NCBI GenBank assembly: GCA_964187785.1
Contig: OZ076415.1
Span: 47,988,001 to 48,052,000, forward strand
Reading direction: 5' to 3'
Length of the DNA: 64,000 nt
From: Amphiscolops sp. MND2022
Taxonomy: Eukaryota
Part shown: positions 1 to 8,641 of the stretch, in pieces
How positions within the stretch are numbered: position 1 is the stretch's first letter
Layout of the letters: every line of letters begins with the position of its first letter
Translations under genes and position numbers: made by a program
The notes under the pieces: generated by a model
Database searches by the model: none
Told to the model about the DNA's origin: nothing
Seen by the model: the letters and a program-made list of their open reading frames with translations, nothing else

Positions 1-827
1 ATTTCGCCGAAAACGGAATTTTGGAATAACCATTTTTTGTCAGAAAAATCCATTTTTCGCAATTTTGGAGACGTATTCGCTTTGTCTAATGCTTGTGACA
101 CTCAAATCAAACATGGTACCAATGAATTGTTGAAAAAAGCAGCTATTTCTCTCGGACACGATTTAGAGTGTAATTGACATATGAGAGCTCCGTGTGGGAA
201 CAGACAAACTCTCAAGTGAGTAATCATCTGAGTGACAAGGTGAGTCAATCCAAAGCAACGCTATGAATGTTCGAAAGCTTTGGTGAGTCCCTGTAAATCA
301 GGAAGCTGAGCAGAAATCTCAAGGACAGGTTGGTGTATACCACTAGGTTCCAACCGATGACTCGGTCATAATTTAAATTTTGGACACAAACGGCAGCAAA
401 ATTGTTATGACTCCGGTAATGTTTAAACATCAGAAGTACTGCGACTGGCGAACAGTGAACCCCACAAGGCAAATCAATTTCATGCGAATCTTCGGGAAGA
501 ACTCAATATGAAGTATCGAGATACACTAGGGTTCCAAAAAGACACTCATTTCACTGACGAAAACTTTCAAAGCGCAAAATCTTTCAACATTGATTTTACA
601 AAAACGTCTCAAATGGTAAAGTCACTCAAATTTCATCAGCAATACAAGGGTATTTTTGTTTTGAAATCAAAATGAAAATTTCATGTTTAGCAATTATTCG
701 CAAAATGATTAAAATGAACAGCCACAACCAAAAACACTTGTAACTTTGTCGAAACTATTTTTCTACAGTAAAAATTGAAGATTTCACAGTTTGTGATCAT
801 TTTGCGGTGTATATTCTTGAGGGCGTT

Positions 828-1271
828 TGTAAAATTCTTGGGGTTTTTCCAATTTTGAGATCTCTTTTGCTTTAGATTTCTTCAGAGCGGGGCGTGAGGA
901 GAGCTTTACAGAAAAGATTTTATTGTCGATGTTTTACAGTCAACTATTCAATAGAAGCCCAAAATTTCTTGTCTTCAGATTATTGTCATCAATGTTTTAT
1001 TTTCTTCACTTTATTGTTTCCTGTCATGCGGAAATTAACCAATATATTTTTTATTAAAAACTGCCCATGCGTGTATTTAGAGGGTGGGTCGTAATATATT
1101 TTTTATTGCTTCTTTTATTGTTCCGGAAATTACTATTTGCGTTCCGGGGGTGGGTTTTATTATTAAGATTAAATATTCATAGCTCCAATTTGGGGTCAAA
1201 TCAATTAGTGAGGGTTTATATTAATTAGCTCCACTAAATTTAATACATTCTAATATTCAAAGAATATTACA
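828..1271 (-). repeat. 3' LTR (444 bp)
   Basis: Same sequence as 13071-13514 (offset 12243; the ORF track gives the same 66-aa ORF in both). Termini TGTAAAATTC / GAATATTACA form a 9/10 inverted repeat. Confidence 0.97.
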
Positions 1272-1291
1272 CTACCCGACTTTGATTCTTT
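1272..1291 (-). promoter_or_regulatory. Putative polypurine tract (imperfect)
   Basis: Minus strand reads AAAGAATCAAAGTCGGGTAG immediately before the 3' LTR. Purine-rich but interrupted; called mainly by position. Confidence 0.45.
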
Positions 1292-1350
1292 TACTCGCCG
1301 ATTTAAAATGTTCATCGAAACGTCGATAAAGTTAGTAGTTTTCTTTCCTT

Positions 1351-3579
1351 TCAAATGTGACCTGTTCGTAGTTGTCTATTGAGTTGTGAGTAGATTGGGG
1401 CATCGGGCTCAGGGTTTCGTGTTTCTTTTAGTTGAGATTCTGGAATCAGCAAACTGTTGTTTCTCCACGGAAATTTTTCGTCATTTTCCAATCCTTCCAG
1501 ATAATGGTCTTCCACCATCATTATCGGTTTCAGTGACACCTTTTGATTGTCCAGTTTATGAGAGAATGGTAGAAATTTATGTAGTCTCTTGTATCTGTGT
1601 AGGGCATACGTAACACCCAGGTGGAGTGCTGTACTGACAAAGAATACTACCAAGCCAATCGCAAGGTGACTTTTCCATGACAGATAATTGTTGAATTGTT
1701 TCTCCAGGGACGGCTTTAGAGCTGTGAGTTTCTGAGCAATTGGCTGTGCAATATAATTCAAGTCTGAACGATAGGAGTTATCCGGTTGGGATTGTAGTTC
1801 TAGTTTCAACGAACTCAGGAGTTGAATATTCGCTTCCACTCGTGTGTTGTAATGAGGGAGCTGGTCCACTGTTGGAATAAGGCTAAACAGTCTAGCCATT
1901 GGTTCCGGCAGTGTTACATTGAGTTTCAGTGGTGGGACTTTCATGCAAGTGCTAAGGTCAGATCTGATTCTAACGTTAGGGCCGATCAATTGTTTGCCAC
2001 AGCTGAGACTCACCAGGCATATCCGACAGCCATCTATCATTGTAGATCCTGCCGTGGTTGTTGCATTCATGTAGGATTCACGAAACTTGAAGTTGGATGA
2101 GGTTGAGGTTATGAGCCATATTCCATAACCTAGGTTCGTTGCTTTCTCTTTTAGCGGGAGTGTCACAGCTTCGGTGTCGCAGACTTCAATTGCGTCCATA
2201 ACATTTCCAAAATAGAGTACTGCCAAGCATGACGCATCTGATGTTTCAGTTGCCATGGTTTCGTGACAAATCTTATATTTGTTGGAGCCGATGCACTTTC
2301 CCAGTTGATCACGTGTTACCAATGCTGTTTCTCTTAGGTCTTCAGATATTGCGATATACTCCGTTTCTACAGTCCACTGGATTGCATACTCTGTTTCCAG
2401 TTGTGGCATGGGGACCACTATTGCTTTGTAGACTGTGAAAACTGTTTGGCGAGATGCCAGTGGAATAGACATTGTCATCAGCAAGCCATCGTCTAATGTT
2501 AGGACGTCTAAGAGCAGTCGCGCTTCATAATACGCCAGAAGCTCGTCCAAGGGAATAGCCAAAGTTAGTCTGTCTCGGGATTGTAGCTGTTCTGTTGCCA
2601 CCTGCTGTAGAATAATTTCCAGAGATTCTTTCGGTAACAAAGACATCGGGACATATTGCGTGAGTAAGGAAGGTATTGCGTTCATGATGTTCATCTGGAA
2701 GGCATACAGTGCTGCTCTGTAGGACTTGACATTACTGTAAATCAAAGATAGGAGTGATGAGATGGTGTCAAAGTTGAAGTTCACTTGTTGTCGTGTATAG
2801 AGCAGTTGATCACAATTTCTCATCTCGTGGATATTTTGCTGAAAGGTGTTGAACTGTTTCTCAATTGCTCTCCAGTTTTGGTTTTGGGTCTCAATGATTT
2901 GTCTTTGGATGCCATGTAACATCTCTAGTTCCTTTGATACTCGGAAAAACTTAGCATCCGTTGAGTTTGCCAGCTGCTGGATATTTTCGCCCAAAGATAT
3001 CGCGTATTCTCCCAGTTTTTCAATATTCCGTGCGTTCTGTTTTGCTTTTGCCTGACATGAGCCGAAAATACCCATAATTCCACAATCTCCAGAGCCAAAC
3101 ATTATGCCACCTCCGAATAAACCGATTGCACCTACCGCTGCTGCTGCTAACGGGAGAGCTCGTTTCTTCCGTGTACTTTTGTTTTCTTGTGTACCCTTTA
3201 GGAAAGATGCCACGTCACCCTTGATTTTAAGCAGGTCGTTTTGTGCAAATGAAATCTCCTTTTGTGTTTCTCTGAGGAGCCAGTCCATTTTGAAATCTAC
3301 TTCACTGGTATTTGTGAAGTTGAGATAACAGAAGTACGTTGGGGTTTGCCACATATTTTGGAGTGACTGTGCTATTTGATCAACATTCGAAATAAGGGTC
3401 ATTTCGAAGCGTGGGAAAGGGATCAAAAATTGGACATTGATAAATTTTTCTACCAGGAGGATTTTGGTTTCTTCATTAAAGAATATGCCTTTGTCCAAGC
3501 TGCCTTGACGGCTAGTAGTCTGAGCTATGTGAATAAAGATAAATAACAAGAGCATTGTGGGCTGAAGTCTAGGTCTCAC
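1351..3579 (-). CDS. env: Envelope glycoprotein, class I fusion type (F-like)
   Basis: Hydrophobic signal MLLLFIFIHIA (first ATG at 3555; the track start is a GTG). Furin site RKKR followed by fusion peptide ALPLAAAAVGAIGLFGGGIMFG. Heptad-repeat helices, Cys-rich ectodomain, N-glycosylation sequons, TM segment LAIGLVVFFVSTALHLGVTYAL and a tail with YSQL. Located between pol and the 3' LTR. Confidence 0.88.
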   Translation of the reverse strand: MRPRLQPTMLLLFIFIHIAQTTSRQGSLDKGIFFNEETKILLVEKFINVQFLIPFPRFEMTLISNVDQIAQSLQNMWQTPTYFCYLNFTNTSEVDFKMDWLLRETQKEISFAQNDLLKIKGDVASFLKGTQENKSTRKKRALPLAAAAVGAIGLFGGGIMFGSGDCGIMGIFGSCQAKAKQNARNIEKLGEYAISLGENIQQLANSTDAKFFRVSKELEMLHGIQRQIIETQNQNWRAIEKQFNTFQQNIHEMRNCDQLLYTRQQVNFNFDTISSLLSLIYSNVKSYRAALYAFQMNIMNAIPSLLTQYVPMSLLPKESLEIILQQVATEQLQSRDRLTLAIPLDELLAYYEARLLLDVLTLDDGLLMTMSIPLASRQTVFTVYKAIVVPMPQLETEYAIQWTVETEYIAISEDLRETALVTRDQLGKCIGSNKYKICHETMATETSDASCLAVLYFGNVMDAIEVCDTEAVTLPLKEKATNLGYGIWLITSTSSNFKFRESYMNATTTAGSTMIDGCRICLVSLSCGKQLIGPNVRIRSDLSTCMKVPPLKLNVTLPEPMARLFSLIPTVDQLPHYNTRVEANIQLLSSLKLELQSQPDNSYRSDLNYIAQPIAQKLTALKPSLEKQFNNYLSWKSHLAIGLVVFFVSTALHLGVTYALHRYKRLHKFLPFSHKLDNQKVSLKPIMMVEDHYLEGLENDEKFPWRNNSLLIPESQLKETRNPEPDAPIYSQLNRQLRTGHI

Positions 3580-3605
3580 ATTTTTAAAGTTTTGTACTAA
3601 CAGTA

Positions 3606-3941
3606 TTAGGATAGCTCAATCTCCATGTAGTCCAAGAGGTCAAGGAGTTTTTTCTTCAGATGCTGTTGTCCTTTCATAGTCTTTGTTAGTGTTTGGAGTG
3701 AGTGAAAGAGGTCCTCAAATTCTGGTGTTTCTTCGTCAATGTCCATGATACTGAAGGTGCTCGTGTTTTCTGTTGTCGCTTTAATAAAAAGGGGTGCACA
3801 GCATCCACATTGTTGAGTTTGAATGGTATGGATAAAGATTGGCTGTAGCTGTCGCGGCGGAGTCCATTTAAAAGGTGTCGGAAAGATGATTTTCATGGGC
3901 ACTAGTGTAACTCTCACTGTCAGGCCTTGTGATGTAGACAT
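3606..3941 (-). CDS. Small orphan ORF (111 aa) directly upstream of env
   Basis: ATG start, same strand as env, ends 27 bp before the env ORF. Contains a CGCC motif and an acidic/helical C-terminus. No recognisable family. Confidence 0.35.
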   Translation of the reverse strand: MSTSQGLTVRVTLVPMKIIFPTPFKWTPPRQLQPIFIHTIQTQQCGCCAPLFIKATTENTSTFSIMDIDEETPEFEDLFHSLQTLTKTMKGQQHLKKKLLDLLDYMEIELS

Positions 3942-4302
3942 TTTGGGTTAATTACTGTGAGTCAAAGTTGTCATTTCATATATGTAGGTTAGGGCTCTTT
4001 GGAATTTGTTGAATATTCAGAATGTTGAATGTTTTGGGTGACTTCTGCTACCGGCTGAATTTCAAGTAAATTTCAGGAGGAATGGGGTCGTTGGTACCCA
4101 ATGTAGAATCAATAAATGTTCAGCAGTCTTGTCAGCGTCTTGGTTATTAAATTCAAGCAAATAGTTTCCGCAACCATGGAAGATTTTTATTAAATAGACG
4201 TTGTTTTATTATTTGTCATTGTTCAACCTGAAGTTTAATAATCTGGCCTCATTAGAATGTACTCGCCCGGAAATTTTCAATTTCCATTTTAATTGAATTG
4301 TT

Positions 4303-4707
4303 TTGTTGACCCAAGCGTGGGTGGCGTCTCTTTGTTTACTGTTGTTTTATTGCCAGGCTATCTGCCAAAATGTTGAACTCTGCCAAAATCTGAACTTTGC
4401 CAAAATGTTGTTCGAGTTCTTTCAGAGCATGGATTGTTACAAGATTTCCTTGACTTCAAATATTGAGTTGGAGTGTTGCAACGACGGAACAACTGTCCTA
4501 GTGGATTCCAAAAAAGTCAGTTTCTCTCCTGTGGTTGATCCGAAATGTGGTGTCATTACTTCATCTGCAGTTCAGTCCAGAGAAGTCATGAGAGAACAGG
4601 ATGGATGGCCAATATTCGTTGTCGGCATTGGCATAGCTAGTTTAATTCTCTTCGTAATCGGGAGGGTGCTGTTCAAATTTGTGCGCAACAGAGTAAATCA
4701 ATCGTAA
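4303..4707 (+). CDS. Putative small single-pass membrane protein, antisense to the element
   Basis: Cys-rich region, C-terminal TM segment IFVVGIGIASLILFVIGRVLF and basic stop-transfer KFVRNR. The signal-like N-terminus starts at TTG; the first in-frame ATG is about 100 nt downstream. Confidence 0.45.
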   Translation: MLTQAWVASLCLLLFYCQAICQNVELCQNLNFAKMLFEFFQSMDCYKISLTSNIELECCNDGTTVLVDSKKVSFSPVVDPKCGVITSSAVQSREVMREQDGWPIFVVGIGIASLILFVIGRVLFKFVRNRVNQS

Positions 4708-4820
4708 ACTCAGCGATTCGCAACTCAGCTTACTTAGAGTTATATCTAGTCTTTCCTCTGTACTGGTATTAATTGTTTAGTTAGCTTTATCCATCCCGTG
4801 ACACCTTTTTATTTTGTACA

Positions 4821-5687
4821 ATGTTGTTGAAGGCCCATGGGTTTAACGTTAATGGTCATGGACTTTTTTCAGATAACATGGACAATTTTAATTTGTTGTT
4901 AGAATTGTGTCAAAGTCACTGTAAAGAAGTGGAGGCAGTATCACTCAGCGAAGCATGTAGGTTCAAAACTGCTTGCATCGTTAGAGGTGTTGCCTGCTCA
5001 TACAAACAGCCTGAGTTACAGTCGCTTATTCTGAATTCCACTGAGGTAGGCGAAATTTTGCGTTCATTCAAGAACTGGGGTGAGGAGAAGAAGAATGTGC
5101 AGTTCCCTGACACAAGGCTTTTAACTGCCCTCATGCCAAAAGAGAATGTCTATGATATCGCCAGTTGGTTCAATAGTGCCATTGTTGACCTACAAGTTGT
5201 TCATGAGCCTGTTCTGTTATTAAGTACCGGAAATTGTCTCACAGGGTTTCACGCAGACAGTCCGCCAACAGAAATTGTGGCTTCATTACTCCGCGGGCGG
5301 AAACTATGGGTTTTCGCTAGTCCCGGGTCTAAGTCCGCTGCAGTTTTGGTTAAAAGGCCCGAGGACAGTCATTTCCAACAGTTTATTGAAGATATGGTCT
5401 ACGGACGTTTTAAAGATCTGTCGTACTGTGTTCAGGAACCCGGTGATACAGTTTGTTTCCCTGCAAGGACTGTGCATTTAGTTCTCTCTGTAACTCCTAG
5501 TAATGATTGGAACTGTCTTCTGAGTCACACTATTTTACACGAAGAGGAGGAAGCCGCTAAGATGGAGACGAAGTTTTTCAACAGGTATTCTGACCAACGT
5601 TCCCGAGTCGTACAAGGTAAAAGGAACAAGAGGTCCGGGGTCACGAAGAAGCGATTTTCAGCACGCAGAAGAGTGCAGCCAAGATGA
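4821..5687 (+). CDS. JmjC-domain Fe(II)/2-oxoglutarate oxygenase, KDM2/KDM7-like, antisense inside the retroelement
   Basis: ATG start, intronless, 288 aa. LLLSTGNCLTGFHAD...LLRGRKLWVF...QEPGDTVCFPARTVHLV matches the KDM2/7 pattern (CLMS..GCYTDFHID...G.K.F...G.T.FIP.GWIH.V). HxD...H triad plus the 2OG-binding Thr and Lys are present. Basic NLS-like C-terminus. Confidence 0.82.
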   Translation: MLLKAHGFNVNGHGLFSDNMDNFNLLLELCQSHCKEVEAVSLSEACRFKTACIVRGVACSYKQPELQSLILNSTEVGEILRSFKNWGEEKKNVQFPDTRLLTALMPKENVYDIASWFNSAIVDLQVVHEPVLLLSTGNCLTGFHADSPPTEIVASLLRGRKLWVFASPGSKSAAVLVKRPEDSHFQQFIEDMVYGRFKDLSYCVQEPGDTVCFPARTVHLVLSVTPSNDWNCLLSHTILHEEEEAAKMETKFFNRYSDQRSRVVQGKRNKRSGVTKKRFSARRRVQPR

Positions 5688-5807
5688 TGGTTAGTGATGT
5701 CCTTTTCATACTTTAGTAGTGTTTTGTCGTATGCCCTATCGGCTAGGGGTTAGGTCATGCTAGTTATCTGACGTAAATTTGGTGTTGATGATGATTTCCG
5801 TGCATAA

Positions 5808-6366
5808 GTTCGCAGTGGCAAAATCGGAATTTTCTGCTAATGTAGGATTTTTTTTTCTTTTTTAAACACTTATTTTTTTTCTCTGGTGGATGAGCGCATC
5901 CGCTATCACCCTGTAGTGTAGTTCTCATGGAGTACAATCCGGGGAAGCCCAATATGCACTGATGTTTGCTTCCACTTAGCCAGTCGCAGTGGCAAAATTG
6001 TCGTTTTCGTGGAAACTTACTGAGGTCGAAAAAAAAATTGTAAATGGGAGTATGGAGTTTTTCTTATATAATTTTGCTTGTGCGCGCTTTTTCTATCACC
6101 CTATCATGTAGTACCCATTTAGGGGTGTCTGTCAAGGTATTTTCCGTGTAGGCATCTTGCCTCGTTTTCTCAGTCGCAGTGGCAAACTGTCAATTTTTAT
6201 CATAGGGTCAGATAGGATATTCTTGTCAAATAGGGTATTTATAGGTCAGCAATGCTTTTTGAAGGGACAATAGATACCCTATCTTGTAGGCAAAACTCTA
6301 AGGTGTCCATCGATGTGTTTTTTGTTAGGTTAGAATGTCATTTTTTTTATGTTCGCAGTGGCAAAA
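5808..6366. repeat. Four copies of TCGCAGTGGCAAA in degenerate ~180-bp units
   Basis: The CGCAGTGGCAAA core starts at 5811, 5985, 6175 and 6354 (spacing 174, 190, 179). A secondary CTATCACCCT motif recurs near 5904 and 6093. Confidence 0.8.
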
Positions 6367-6619
6367 TGAGAAGATATCGGATTTCAGAAATCAAGATAGT
6401 CGATTCACTGCTCTTTTTTGGAATAGTGTCGTGTCTAAGGACCTGTCCTTGAAGTTTTTCTGCAGAAAATTTTCAATCCATGGGTTTTCCGGGGTTTTTG
6501 CGGGTTGGGGAAGTGAAGGAACATAGATTTTTCACGGTTCTCAAGGGTAAATTCGGTTGGTTGGTAGTGTTGGTTAATGTTAACTTACGGGTGTCTGGTA
6601 TGGGAAGGTTGGTCCTTCA

Positions 6620-8641
6620 TTAGGCGTAGGGTGCTCTGTGAGGAAGTACACAAACGGTTATCGTCAAATTCGTATGTTGGAAGACTTCGTTCAAGAGGTT
6701 GCGTACTTGTTGCCATGGGAGTTGGTCTCTACCACATCCAAGTTTGGGTAATCGGATATTATCTACTCCATACTGTTGAGCATGGTCACGCATCAGTAGT
6801 AGGCTTGAACGCAGTGATGCAATTGAAGGCTTGTGGAAAAATTTTCGTTTCGTCACCAAGTTGTATATCCATCGTCGGGAATATTTGTCATAGAATGCAA
6901 AAACTGAACCAGGAGCAAGGTTCTTCGATGATTGTGTTTTTATTCGGGGGTATAGCCTGTCAAACTGGTTGGCTATACCTACCCCCATTGCAAAGTCCGA
7001 AGACACGCAGTGTGCCATACTAGAGGACGAACAGAAGATGTTGTCATAGACTATGTTGACATTGTTTCTTGTCTGACATATTTCATTGATGTCTGGGCGT
7101 GATCTTTTTTCATTCGATCCTTCTTGTTGAGATCCAGGTCTTTGGACAAATTGCATTTGCTGGCGTTCTAATCTGCGGTTTTTGAGTAGATCAATAAAGT
7201 TACGTGCTTCTTTAGTTTCCCCTTGTGATGTCCGTTTTATGGGGTTTGGGGTTTTCAATTGTCTTCCCGCAGCTTCAATCAGTTTAAAGTTTGGTTGAGG
7301 TTGTGTGGCTATTCTTTCTGATCTGCGCACGGGTTGTATTGTTTCAGGGTTGTCATCCGAACTGTCGGAAGTTTCCGGTATGTCTGCAGTCAGGTTGACT
7401 GGGGGTGTTAGTCGTATCCTCGTATGGTCCGGTTCTACTATGGTTTGGTTCTCATTCGCGGTATTGTGGTTTATCGCTGATGGTATAGGTAGTGGTGGGT
7501 GTTGTTGGGCCTGATTGTTTTGTCCAAAGGAAATTGAAACTCTTACTGGGCTATCAAATGTTGTCGGTTGGACAGACTCAACAGGTGTGTCATCTTGTAG
7601 TAATGATGGGTAACCTCTGTCGAAGTAATCTGTGTCTCCTCTGTTATGTCCCAGTGATGGGTCCGTTCTAAAATTTGCAGGATCAATTTCGGGGATATCT
7701 TCAACTTGGTATTGTGGTGTAATAGGTCTGATCCTGATTCTATGCACAATCTGTGTATAGTTTGTTCCAGTTTTGCGAATAAGATAATTAGAATCTGTCA
7801 ATACTTTTTCCACTCTATAGAGTGCATGCCATTTTTGTATTAATTTGGAGCTGAAGGTAGATTGTTCTGTCAGTTTAGGGTTTAGTAGGAGGCAAAACTG
7901 GTGTTGTTGTAATGGGTTTGCACGTGCTTTCTGATCATAATACCTGCGGTATCGTGCGAAAGACTTTTCGAGACTCTCTTTTGTTTTGGAGAATTTCTTT
8001 AACATTTCATCTCGTAAAGATTCCACAAAGTCGTAATTGAAAGCTGCCTTTTGGATACATGTGCTGTAGAATCTGAGATCCAACGGTTTCATTGGTTCTC
8101 TGCCGTGGAAGAGTACTGTTGGTGCGCATCCAATAGAAGTATGGTATGATGTATTGTGGATGAAAGTCGCCAAAGGTACGTACCGATGCCAGTTTGTGAA
8201 TGTACCATTACTGTTTAGTTTGAGTATTCTTGTGAGTGCTGCGTGTGATCGTTCAACTACTCCAATTGTCTGTGGGTGCTTAAGAGAGGCATGTGTAATT
8301 TTAATTTCTAATAGCTTTGTCAGTTCACTAAAAAGTTCTGAGACAAATTGTGTTCCAAGGTCCGATATTATTTCTTTTGGTATAAAGCTGTGATTGAACA
8401 TAATTGAAGCCAATGCTGCAGCTACTGATGACGCACTTATTGTGGTCAAGGGTACCGCAAAAAGGTATTTGGAAAAGACATCAATTGCTGTAAGCACATA
8501 TTTATACGGAGATGAGGGAAATGCTCCCTGAATATCGATCTGCATTATGTCTCCGGGAAGGTAGTTTTTGAAGATAGTTCGCTTAGCGGAGGTTTGAGTC
8601 GAGATGGTTGGACAAGTTTGAGTTGTAAACAGGTTGAGCAA
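6620..8641 (-). CDS. pol: Integrase catalytic core + GPY/F-like module + low-complexity linker + C-terminal TARG1/OARD1-type macrodomain
   Basis: DDE residues in QIDIQG, IISDLGTQF and VERSH; KLIQKWHALY module. C-terminal ~140 aa AHCVSSDFAMGVGIA...YNLVTK...LPKLGCGRDQLPW matches the TARG1/Poa1p macrodomain pattern. Lies in the -1 frame relative to the upstream pol ORF. Confidence 0.93.
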   Translation of the reverse strand: MLNLFTTQTCPTISTQTSAKRTIFKNYLPGDIMQIDIQGAFPSSPYKYVLTAIDVFSKYLFAVPLTTISASSVAAALASIMFNHSFIPKEIISDLGTQFVSELFSELTKLLEIKITHASLKHPQTIGVVERSHAALTRILKLNSNGTFTNWHRYVPLATFIHNTSYHTSIGCAPTVLFHGREPMKPLDLRFYSTCIQKAAFNYDFVESLRDEMLKKFSKTKESLEKSFARYRRYYDQKARANPLQQHQFCLLLNPKLTEQSTFSSKLIQKWHALYRVEKVLTDSNYLIRKTGTNYTQIVHRIRIRPITPQYQVEDIPEIDPANFRTDPSLGHNRGDTDYFDRGYPSLLQDDTPVESVQPTTFDSPVRVSISFGQNNQAQQHPPLPIPSAINHNTANENQTIVEPDHTRIRLTPPVNLTADIPETSDSSDDNPETIQPVRRSERIATQPQPNFKLIEAAGRQLKTPNPIKRTSQGETKEARNFIDLLKNRRLERQQMQFVQRPGSQQEGSNEKRSRPDINEICQTRNNVNIVYDNIFCSSSSMAHCVSSDFAMGVGIANQFDRLYPRIKTQSSKNLAPGSVFAFYDKYSRRWIYNLVTKRKFFHKPSIASLRSSLLLMRDHAQQYGVDNIRLPKLGCGRDQLPWQQVRNLLNEVFQHTNLTITVCVLPHRAPYA

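Noticed and set aside
1-827. Short ORF 245-472 and several GTGAG donor-like sites
   Set aside because: No recognisable protein and no resolvable exon structure within the window.
894-1094. 66-aa ORF in both LTRs (also 13137-13337)
   Set aside because: GTG start, AT-rich, no motif; duplicated only because it lies in the LTR.
6577-7023. 148-aa plus-strand ORF opposite the macrodomain
   Set aside because: Shadow ORF without motifs; it starts at a non-ATG codon.
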